A DNA stretch of 63,457 nt, counting the filler, from Atractiella rhizophila (lineage: Eukaryota), in assembly GCA_021432655.1 (NCBI GenBank). It is 4 parts of 4 records of this genome, joined end to end, with 100 filler letters (N's around TTAATTAATTAA, not from the genome) between each part and the next. Parts side by side here need not be neighbours in the genome. Positions count along the whole stretch, not along the records: positions 17,678 to 35,057 come from MU271874.1; positions 35,158 to 52,434 come from MU271875.1; 2 more parts are not named here. One strand, written 5' to 3'. How positions within the stretch are numbered: the stretch's first letter is position 1; each line of letters opens with the position of its first letter. Shown piece after piece: positions 25,837-35,901 of this stretch. The position numbers and the translations under genes are program-made. The notes beneath the pieces were generated by a model that was given only the letters and a program-made list of their open reading frames with translations, did not search any database and had not been told where the DNA came from.

Positions 25837-27350
25837 ATCAATTGTTTCTACGTTGACAATGACGAGTAGAATGACAGCTTTGAGAATGCCACGTCGCTCT
25901 TGGGAGGAACATTCCACCGTATGAAAGTCATGGCTGCGCGGCAAGGCAGTCATTTTTGTTATTGTAGGTGTTGTCTTCATGATTGTGAATCGGAGGTTAA
26001 TTCTCGCTACCAGGGTTCGCATTTTTACTCAGCGTGACATTATTCTTCGTCATTGTTTGGTGGTGGAGACGATAAGGCAATAGGGAATGGTGCGCGTACG
26101 CGTATGTAGAGTGGGTCATTATGATTGCTCATTAATGCATTGGGAATGCACCATCCTGCATCCAGAAACTGTACCTAGCAGCCTGTTTGACCACATCGAC
26201 TGCGATTTGTTTATTGTGCCTAGCCCAAGTACCCCAGTGCATAGACACAGGGTCTCAGCCGATGTTGATATCTGATTTTACCCCACCGTTCGCCTCTTGA
26301 GGGAGCAGTATGTGGTAGTAGTACCAATCCTGCACTTGCAACGCTGAAAATGCGAAGATTCCGAGCCCCATCGAAACCCATATTCTTGTCCTAGGAGGCA
26401 AAGCTGTGCACTAACACATTTAAGGCGTTGCATGCGGTGGGAGGCAGACCTTACAAGCCCAAGATTGTAGGAGAGTTTTCCCGCTTTTAGATGTAAGAGA
26501 TGGGGTGGGTGAGGAAACTACCGGGGAGATTTGGGAAAGTTGTTTCGGCTGTGGTAGAATCCGCTTAGGCGGCCGTATGGCGGGGGACATCGTGAAGTCT
26601 GCAAGGAGAAGTCTGATAGGAGAAGACGAGGGGATCACTTTGCTTTAGTGTCCCAATCTGGAAATTCCCGACACAACCAATCTGACCCGCTATCCTATGG
26701 GGCAGGTCCCGCACGGAACATTAAAATAAGGTTTCACGTCAAGAACAGGCTTGCAACTTTTTGGGTCCACTTTGAAGGCAGATATTGGAAGTTGGAATAG
26801 ATAAAAAGGAAGTGTAAACAAATCCCTCCCTATTGAGCCATCTTCAAGCTGTTTACAAACAAATCCCCTTTCCTCTCCGCTCACCTCTTCTTTCCTTCCA
26901 TTCCCTCCTTGAGAAGGCCACAATAAATTTCCAGGGCATGGCACCACCTGTTTTGTAAAAGAGTTCCAAACTCGTCCCATTACAAAGCTTCTCAATCCAA
27001 CATAGAACTTTCTCTGCTGTTCTCATATCTCCAACTTTGAAGGTGGTGCAATATATTATACCCTTCTTTTCCACTCAACTTGAGACATTTACATCCCCCA
27101 AAATCAACTCTTTACAGTATGATGTGGAAGGAAGAGCAAGTCGTTGTAGCAGCATTGGTGGGCAGAACAGGAAGCGACTTCACAGAGCTTACTGGACTGC
27201 AGAAGTTTGGTGGTGCAGTGAGAGAGGATTACCAGTGATGTGCATGGTGGATAGAGGATTAGATTAAACTGAAACATAAGGGCAAAGATTGTTCCTCCAC
27301 TTGGCAAAGCAGAGCTTACCGGTGTTTTTGCAGCTACCAAATGGAGGCGA
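25837..27350. mobile_element. 1514-bp non-autonomous insertion, copy 2
   Basis: Direct repeat of 19179-20692 at offset 6658, with the same termini and different flanks. Confidence 0.9.
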
Positions 27351-27593
27351 TACAACATTTGATGTTACCATATTGAATGTTATCTCTATAGATATTCATA
27401 TTCACGAGGAATGTCTCTTCAATACCTACACATTCTTATATCTACAAGTGGGTTGGGGGCGCCAGGGACTAAGGCCACCAATCCATTCGTAAGAGGATGG
27501 CCCCTATAGTAGCTCATATAGGGGTTCAAATCTAGGGCAAAACATATTATTTGCCTTTTCCACAAAATAAAGATTTCTTCACATAATCCAACA
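27351..27593. repeat. Probable solo-LTR-like segment (TGTT at 25833, split by the 1514-bp element, ...TAATCCAACA)
   Basis: TG...CA ends; its right end TAATCCAACA is shared with LTR-B at 30334; it interrupts the copia RNaseH at FHAFC; no TSD. Confidence 0.45.
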
Positions 27594-29240
27594 CGCAGAA
27601 GGCGTGAAAAGGTTGCTTGAGGTCAAAACCAGCTGCAGAATACTCAATTCCTAAGTTCTGAGTTCCTTTGAGGTATCGTAGAAGATGCTTGGCCGCTTCC
27701 CAGTGCTTCTTTCCTAAGTTAGAGAGGTACTTTTCCAAGGACAGAGACTGCATGAGCGATATCTGGACGAGTGGAGATGGCCAAGTACATCATGGAGCCA
27801 ACAACGTTGCTGTAAGGGATATTGCAAATTTTCTTCCTGTTCTTCCTTTGTCTGGGGGCAGTCCTGCTTGCTGAGACCGTGTCCAACATTGAGAGGAGTA
27901 AGGACAGGGTTGCAGTCGTCCATCTGTTGGCGTTCTAGGAGGTCCTTAACATACTGTTCTTGATCCAACCACATCATTCTTCGCTTTCTATCCCTCCTAA
28001 TACGAACCCCAAGTAGGAATTCCGTTGGTCCAAGGTCTCTAAGCTTGAATCGCTTCCCTAACTCCCTCTTGAAGTCCTCTACAGCACCCTTTGATGTGCT
28101 AGCGATCGTAATATCATCCACAAAGACTGGGACAAGTACTTTGATGTCCCCCTTTTGCTGGATTTAGCCAATTGCACTAAAATGACCAGTCATTCCCAAC
28201 AGTGCAGATTAACCCCTTTATACCCAAGGTTCAACACCCTTCCCTAATCTGTACTGTCTTCAACCACTTTCTCTGCCACAACCATTTCCTTCCATCATTT
28301 ATAGTGGGGAAGAGCACCCACTCAACAGTTTTTATAGTCGTTTTCCCCACTCTCACAATATGGCTAAAGTGCTCAGACAGGGGTTCGAACCCGGGTATGC
28401 AGGGTCAGCTCTCGCTACCATGCTGGATTTAGCCAATTGCACTAAAATGACCAGTCATTCCCAACAGTGCAGATTAACCCTTTATACGCAAGGTTCAACA
28501 CCTTTGAGTAAATCCACAGACTAGAGTCGCTCTTGATCTTCTTAAATCCCATATCGACAAGTTCCTTATCCAGTTTCTTCTGCCATTGACGCCCTCCTTG
28601 CCTTGTGCCATAGATGGCCTTGATTAGCTTGAGAACGTACTCTGGAGGACCCTGTGGATGTCCTTCTGGTTGTTGTGCATAGACCTCTCCATCCATATCG
28701 CCGTTAAGGAATGCCGTAGAGATGTCCACTGACTCCAACTCCATGTCCAAGACCACAAGCGAGCAAAAAGAATTGTCCTAAGTGTCGCCCATTTGACCGT
28801 CGATGCGAAAGTATCAAAGTAGTCGAATCCAGGGCGTTGGGAGAACCCCTTGATGACGAATCTGGCCTTGAAGCGCTCAATAGAACCATCCGACTTCTTC
28901 TTCACCGCAAACACCCATTGAGAACCAACGATTTTTGCTCCTTTAGGCGGTTTGACCAGAATCCAACTCTTGTTGTCCAAGTGAGATTGAATCTCCTTCA
29001 CTGTCGCTTCATGCCATTCCTTCGCATTAGGGCTTGCCATGGCTCTTGAATACGACTGAGGGACCTCTACTCCTGTTGCTGCACTCATGGCATGTTCTGT
29101 GACAAGCATATAGCCGTATTCCATCGCCTCTGGCTCGGTGAGTATGTCACATTCCTTTACCAACGTCCCAAGCTCGTCTGTTGACCCTTCGTCGTTGTTC
29201 TGAGGCACTTCTGGGGTCCTAAATCTGTCGACAGGTCGTC
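27594..29240 (-). mobile_element. Ty1/copia RT/RNaseH fragment, frameshifted, interrupted by a TRIM
   Basis: WVFAVKKKSDGSIERFKARFV.KGFSQRPG.DY.DTFA, VDISTAFLNG, KAIYGTRQGGRQW, VFVDDITI, HWEAAKHLLRYLKGT. Confidence 0.93.
28156..28500 (-). mobile_element. Intact 345-bp TRIM (LTRs 28156-28236 and 28421-28500)
   Basis: TG..CA direct repeats of ~80 bp, 5-bp TSD CCTTT, PBS TGGTAGCGAGAGC, PPT AGGGAAGGG. Confidence 0.92.
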
Positions 29241-29375
29241 TGTAAGGATCTAAGGCTAGGAGTAGTTAGTGGTTAATAATGAGCAACAACACTCCTAGGC
29301 AGAACTAAACTACATAGTGATGACTCATAAGAGTCATAAGAGGCAGATGACCAAAACAACACACTACAACTAACA
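29241..29375 (-). mobile_element. Solo LTR, family A (short variant)
   Basis: TGTAAGG...CTAACA flanked by 5-bp TSD TCGTC; homologous to 29752-29884 and 33543-33742. Confidence 0.9.
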
Positions 29376-29751
29376 TCGTCCTCTACTCGTAGAATAATTC
29401 TTGAAGGCCTGGTGACAGGGGAGGTGTTGAAGCCGCTGGAGGAGGTCGATCTGGTGTTGTTGGGCGGATCTGGAGTGGATCTGGAGACTCTGAGAATGTA
29501 GGCATATGAACTCCTGTCCAGGGATCTCTCTGCATGGTGTGGGGGTGTCCTAGTGCGTTCAGGCACAAAGCTGTGGCGGATCTGGAGATGGCTCTCTTTT
29601 CTTCTTCTTCGACCTGTAGGGGCTGAAACCGATTTGGAGAATGTATTCCAAGTGGTCTGGGTTGGTCCTGAGGTGTGGGTGGTGCTCCTGGCTGTTGAAT
29701 CCATCCTTCTTCTTCTTCTTCATCGTCATCTAGCGAAATCCTGGCTGGAGG

Positions 29752-30334
29752 TATAAGGATCTAAGGCTAGGAGTAGTTGGTGGTCAATAATGAGCACCAA
29801 CACTCCTAGGCAAAACTAAACTACATAGTGATGGCTCGTATGAGTCATAAGAGACAGATGACCAACACAACACTACAACTAACACTTCTCTCCCAGGGGG
29901 TTGATCAAAATTTTACTTTCTTCAGACATGGTGATAAAATTCGAGTTTGGATCGTCCGATCTTCGTAGAAATGGGTGGATATAGGCGTAAGGGGGTCTCG
30001 TTTATGATCCCAAAGTTTCAAACTGATTGGACAACGGATGGCTGAGTGATCAAAATTTTCAACCAAGTGGGTGGCAAAACGGATCTGTCAATCTCTAGCT
30101 ACCGCTCTCGCTACCATGAGAGAATCTGATGCTGGATGGAGCTAGGGAACAGTGATTGGTGGTCAAAGATGATGACATTGATAGGGAAACACATACCTAG
30201 GGGACAGTAATTGGTGGTCAAAGATGATGACCGCCTAAACTGCCCCCTAGGGGGCTAAAACTCCGAAGTGAAGCAAACAAAACAGAGGTGACCACACAAA
30301 CATAACACCATGAAATATAACACCTAATCCAACA
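29752..30334 (-). mobile_element. Miniature LTR element with unlike LTRs: LTR-B (30117-30334), PBS, ~220-bp core, PPT, LTR-A (29752-29884)
   Basis: PBS TGGTAGCGAGAGC directly after LTR-B; PPT GGGAGAGAAG directly before LTR-A; no TSD. Confidence 0.8.
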
Positions 30335-31405
30335 TATTCCAAGCGGTCTGGGTTGTTCCTAAGGTGTAGGAGGTGCTCCTGGCTGTTGAATCCATCCATC
30401 TTCATCTTCATCGTCATTATCTAGCGAAATCCTGGCTGGAGGAGCGGCTGGAGCATTATTCTGTCGATCTCCCACCTGATCCTGGCACTCCTTCCACTCA
30501 TCAAGTGGTCCCTGTGGCTCTTCCAACATAATCTTCTCCTTCCTCACCTTGCAGAGCATCTCTCTCTCATCAAATCTGGCAACATCTCGAGTGTAGACCT
30601 TCTTTCCAACAGGATCCCAGAACAAGTCATAAGAGACAGATGACCAACACAACACTACAACTAACACTTCTCTCCCAGGGGGTTGATCAAAATTTTACTT
30701 TCTTCAGACATGGTGATAAAATTCGAGTTTGGATCGTCCGATCTTCGTAGAAATGGGTGGATATAGGCGTAAGGGGGTCTCGTTTATGATCCCAAAGTTT
30801 CAAACTGATTGGACAACGGATGGCTGAGTGATCAAAATTTTCAACCAAGTGGGTGGCAAAACGGATCTGTCAATCTCTAGCTACCGCTCTCGCTACCATG
30901 AGAGAATCTGATGCTGGATGGAGCTAGGGAACAGTGATTGGTGGTCAAAGATGATGACATTGATAGGGAAACACATACCTAGGGGACAGTAATTGGTGGT
31001 CAAAGATGATGACCGCCTAAACTGCCCCCTAGGGGGCTAAAACTCCGAAGTGAAGCAAACAAAACAGAGGTGACCACACAAACATAACACCATGAAATAT
31101 AACACCTAATCCAACATATTCCAAGCGGTCTGGGTTGTTCCTAAGGTGTAGGAGGTGCTCCTGGCTGTTGAATCCATCCATCTTCATCTTCATCGTCATT
31201 ATCTAGCGAAATCCTGGCTGGAGGAGCGGCTGGAGCATTATTCTGTCGATCTCCCACCTGATCCTGGCACTCCTTCCACTCATCAAGTGGTCCCTGTGGC
31301 TCTTCCAACATAATCTTCTCCTTCCTCACCTTGCAGAGCATCTCTCTCTCATCAAATCTGGCAACATCTCGAGTGTAGACCTTCTTTCCAACAGGATCCC
31401 AGAAC
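29843..31405. repeat. Tandem duplication, 782-bp period (29843-30623 / 30625-31405)
   Basis: The two units appear identical by eye; the same ORF tail ends at 30359 and 31141. Confidence 0.9.
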
Positions 31406-32275
31406 TCCCACCCTTTCGCTGCAAGAGAATAGCCTATAAATGCGCATTTTCGTGTATGAGATCCTAAGCTGTGTGGCCTTTCATCCTTCTGAACTTGAAC
31501 GTAGGCAATGCATCCAATGATTCTGAATCTTGAGATGGTTGGAGTAAGTCCAGTGAGTTTCGTGTGGGGAATAGCATGGTTGATCAAAGCTGAAGGAGAT
31601 CTGTTGTGAATGTGGACGACTGCTGAAGCGATAGATGGCCAGAGAAAGAGAGGAAGCCCAGATTCTTCAAACATGGCCACCATGGTCTCCTGAATTGTCC
31701 TATTGGCTCGTTCTGCCCTGCCATTCTGATGAGGAGAGTTCCTGATCGTCTGTTGGCGCTGGATACCACAGGCCTTGAGGTATGGATCAAATTCCTTGGA
31801 GGAATAAGCGCCTTCCTTGTTCTCTCTAAACTTCTTGATCTTCTTCCCAGTGATATTCCTACCCAATTCTTGAAGGTCTGGAAGAGTTCTGGGGCCTTTG
31901 ATTTCTTCTTGAGGAAGGCAATTGTGCAATGATTCGTTACTTCATCAATGGAAGTGACCCAATAACAATATCCTTCTCTGGAAGTGACTGAAGAAAGAGG
32001 TCCATGTAGGTCTGAGGTGATTCTACCTAATATCTCCTTCTCCCTAGCTCTGCTGACTTATTAACGACTCTGTGCTGCTTCCCAGCTAGGCATGGCTCGC
32101 AAATAGGATCTGGATCGTCCTCCAAGTCCAAAATCATCCCATTCACAAATTTCTTCCTCTTCAGACGCTTGATGTCCTCATAATTCAGGTGTTCAGGTCT
32201 CCTATGCCATAGAGAAGCATCTATAGGCAGTGTAGAAGCATTCCCAGCAAATTCTGGAGCAGGAAGGGTGTTCCC
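31117..32275 (-). mobile_element. Ty1/copia GAG-pre-integrase/integrase fragment, frameshifted
   Basis: LWHRR..HLN, CEPCLAGKQHR, SPHQNGRAERANRTI, FIGYS motifs. Confidence 0.92.
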
Positions 32276-32802
32276 TGTTGGATTAACTGCTAAATTTCAT
32301 GGTGTTGTCTTTGTGTGGTCAGCCACCTTTGCTGCGTTCACTCACTTCGTAGTTTGTCTCCCTAGGGGGCAGTATTGGTGGTGATCATCTTTGACCACCA
32401 ACTCCTGTCCCCTAGCTCCATCCAGCGTCTATTCCTCTCATGGTAGTGAGAGCAGTGGCCAGGGATTGACAGATCAGTTGGAATTGCAATTTTCAATTTT
32501 GCCACCCACTTGGTTGAAAATTTTGACCACTCAGCCATCCTTTGTCCAATCGATTCAAGACTTTGGGATCATAATCAAGACCCTCCTAAGGCCCTATCCC
32601 CCCATTTTGACAAAGATCAGACGATCCAAACTCGAATTTTATCGCCATGTCTGAAGAAAGTAAAATTTTGATCAACCCCCTGGGAGAGAAGTGTTAGTTG
32701 TAGTGTTGTGTTGGTCATCTGTCTCTTATGACTCATATCAGCCATCACTATGTAGTTTAGTTTTGCCTAGGAGTGTTGGTGCTCATTATTGACCACCAAC
32801 TA
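32276..32802 (+). mobile_element. Second, diverged LTR-B / PBS / core / PPT / LTR-A mini-element (LTR-A truncated)
   Basis: LTR-B 32276-32440, PBS TGGTAGTGAGAGC 32441, PPT 32682-32691, LTR-A from 32692. Confidence 0.8.
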
Positions 32803-33742
32803 TGTTAGTTGTAGTGTGTTGTTTTGGTCATCTGCCTCTTATGACTCTTATGACTCATATGAGTCATCACTATGTAGTTTAGTTCTGCCTAGGAGTGTTG
32901 GTGCTCATTATTGACCACCAACCACTCCTAGGTATGTCTCTCTATACTTCTCTAATGTGCTTATTATTGACCACCAACCACTCCTAGCCTTAGATCCTTA
33001 CATGGTAGCGAGAGCTGGTGGCTAGGATTACATTTGGTCACACCTATCAGCTTCCCCCTCCTCCAGACCACAATTTTCACCCTCCTACACTCAAATTTCG
33101 CTCAATTTCGATGATCAAAACAGATTTGTGATCCTCAAACATTCCTTTACCACCTTAGAAGGTTTCTGCCTACTCAGGAATCAAGAAAAATCGAAATCTA
33201 CCACCTTACCACCCATCACCTGCCTCAAAACGCACTTTGCCACCCTGGACTCAAACTTTGACGAATTTGGACGTTATAGGGCTTCTGCGCTACAACTTTA
33301 CTAGGAACCATCTTGGTCACAGTAAGCGAAAATTTCGAGATAGCCACTCCATCACCTCCTTCATACCCCCAAAACGCATTTTTCGACTTTTTGAAGTCAG
33401 ATCTGGTCTGATCTGGACAATTTTATCGCCATTGGATTCACAATAGGCTATTCTACTATCCTACAACAGATCACCTTGATCAGAAGAGTCAAAATTTCGA
33501 AATTTGCCACCATCACATCATCATCACCAGCTCTCGCTACCATGTAAGGATCTAAGGCTAGGAGTGGTTGGTGGTCAATAATAAGCACATTAGAGAAGTA
33601 TAGAGAGACATACCTAGGAGTGGTTGGTGGTCAATAATGAGCACCAACACTCCTAGGCAGAACTAAACTACATAGTGATGACTCATACGAGTCATAAGAG
33701 TCATAAGAGGCAGATGACCAAAACAACACACTACAACTAACA
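32803..33742. mobile_element. Element bounded by inverted LTR-A+PBS units (200-bp LTRs at 32803-33002 and 33543-33742)
   Basis: ~218-bp inverted repeat with 1 mismatch seen; each LTR is followed inward by TGGTAGCGAGAGCTGGTG. Confidence 0.85.
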
Positions 33743-35057
33743 GATCTTTGAAGCCAAGTTGGGGGAGAAGAAGACCATCACCATCACCATCTCAGATGTC
33801 CTACATGTCCCCAAGCTCTTCTACAACAACCTTCTATCAGTCTTCAAGCTCACCATCTACAAGGGAATGAGGGTCTCCATCAAGCACAACAAGGTTCTCT
33901 TCTTCCAGGGTCAAAAACTCTGCCTTACTGCCACTGTGGACTACAAGAATGGAAGCATGGCTGGAATACTCAATGGGAACACCCTTCCTGCTCCAGATTT
34001 TGCTGGAAATGCTTCTACACTGCCCATGGATGCTTCTCTATGGCATAGGAGACTTGGACACCTGAATTATGAGGACATCAAGCGTCTGAAGAGGAAGGAA
34101 CTCGTGAATGGGATGATTTTGGACTTGGAGGATGAGTCCAGACCCTATTTGCGAGCCATGCCTAGCTGGGAAGCAGCACAGGGTCTTCAACAAGTCAGCA
34201 ACAACTAGGGAGAAGGTGATATTGGGTAGAATCAGCTCAGACCTACATGGACCTCTTCCAGTCACTTCCAGAGAAGGATATCGATATTGGGTCACCTTCA
34301 TCGACGAAGCAACAAATCATTGCACAATTGCCTTCCTTAAGAAGAAATCAGAGGCCCCAGAACTCTTCAAGATCTTCAAGAGTTGGATAGAGAATATCAC
34401 TGGGAAGAAGATCAAGAAGTTTAGAGAGGACAAGGAAGGCGCGTATTCCTCCAAGAAATTTGATCAATATCTTAAGGCCTGTGGTATCCAGCGTGAACAG
34501 ACTATCAGGAATTCTCCTCATCAGAACGGCAGAGCAGAACGAGCCAATAGGACGATTCAGGAGACTATGGTCGCCGTGTTTGAAGAATCTGGGCTCCTGC
34601 TCTTTCTCTGGCCATCTATCGCTTCAGCAGTCGTCCACATTCGCAACAGATCTCCCTCAGCTTCGATCAACCACGCTATTCCCCACACGAAACTCACTGG
34701 ACTTACTACAACCATCTCAAGATTCAGAATCATTGGATGCACTGCCTACGTTCAAGTTCAGAAGGATGAAAGGCCACACAGCTTAGGATCTCATACTCGA
34801 AAATGTGCATTTATAGGCTATTCCCTTGCAGCGAAAGGGTGGGAGTTCTGGGATCCTGTTGGAAAGAAGGTCTACGTCCGAGATGTTGCCAGATTTGATG
34901 AGAGAGAGATGCTCTGCAAGGTCAGGAAAGAGAAGACTACGTTGGAAGAGCCACAGGGACCACTTGATGGATGGAAGGAGCGTCAGGATCAGGTGGGAGA
35001 TGGACAGAATAATGTTCCAGCCGCTCCTCCAGCCAGGATTTCGCTAGACGACGATGA
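33743..35057 (+). mobile_element. Ty1/copia protease end, GAG-pre-integrase and integrase fragment, running into a gap
   Basis: DVLHVPKL..NLLSV, LWHRRLGHLN, SDLHGPLPVTSREGYRYWVTFIDEAT, SPHQNGRAERANRTI; frameshift near 34135. Confidence 0.93.
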
Positions 35058-35157
35058 NNNNNNNNNNNNNNNNNNNNNNNNNNNNNNNNNNNNNNNNNNN
35101 NTTAATTAATTAANNNNNNNNNNNNNNNNNNNNNNNNNNNNNNNNNNNNNNNNNNNN
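35058..35157. other. Assembly gap with TTAATTAATTAA linker
   Basis: 100-nt N run with linker. Confidence 0.97.
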
Positions 35158-35680
35158 GAGGAAGAAGCCATAGAGCTCGCTAGTACGTCTTTCGACTACC
35201 CTGTAAGCAGGTACCAATGAGGGGACAAAGACGATACAACATATGGGCTCGCTGCAGCTGTCCATTCGAGTCTGTTTCTTCACTGTCTCTATCCCCAAAA
35301 AGTAACAAGGCTTTCGCAGATGATCACAGCCAAGTCATTCGCGTTACTGAACGTCTCGAAGCAGGAACGGTATGGGTGAACCAATACGGAGCATTGTGAA
35401 TCACCAGTCACAGTCTGTAGTTATATTGATGGAGGCGAATAGGTACAACAACGTCCCCTTCGGTGGATACAAGCAAAGGTCTGCCTTTTAATTTCAATTG
35501 TCCAGTCTTCTGATCAACTTTGACAGTGGGATTGGAAGAGAACTAGGAGCTCACGGCCTTGAACCATACTTGGTGAGTTTTTGGGCGTTCCTCCTTCCTG
35601 TTCCGTGTTGATGCAAGCAACAGACGACGAAAGCTGTCCTTCACAACATTGGTGACAGGCTGGATTGGCCTGTTGCCTGA
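35158..35680 (+). CDS. Aldehyde dehydrogenase, 3' exons only
   Basis: EEEAIELA..YGLAAAVH...RLEAGTVWVNQY...VPFGGYKQSGIGRELG..GL..Y..TKAV. Confidence 0.92.
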
Positions 35681-35901
35681 ATCAAACAAGCAGAGCACAG
35701 AATCGTGTACATTATCGACATTGGAAATGCAAACAAACGTCTGTTGGACTCAGGGATATTCTGCTCAAACCAAACAGCTCTGTGCCAGCAGCACAATATT
35801 GTTTGAACCAAGCATGCACGATTGAATTGAGGGGACGATGCATAGATGAATGTGATTAAGAGACATAAATAATCTCCATGCTCTACAGGGATGCGATACT
35901 T

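Noticed and set aside
29241..33742. Short repeats as a possible CRISPR-like array
   Set aside because: Eukaryotic context; the repeats are LTR sub-repeats without regular unique spacers
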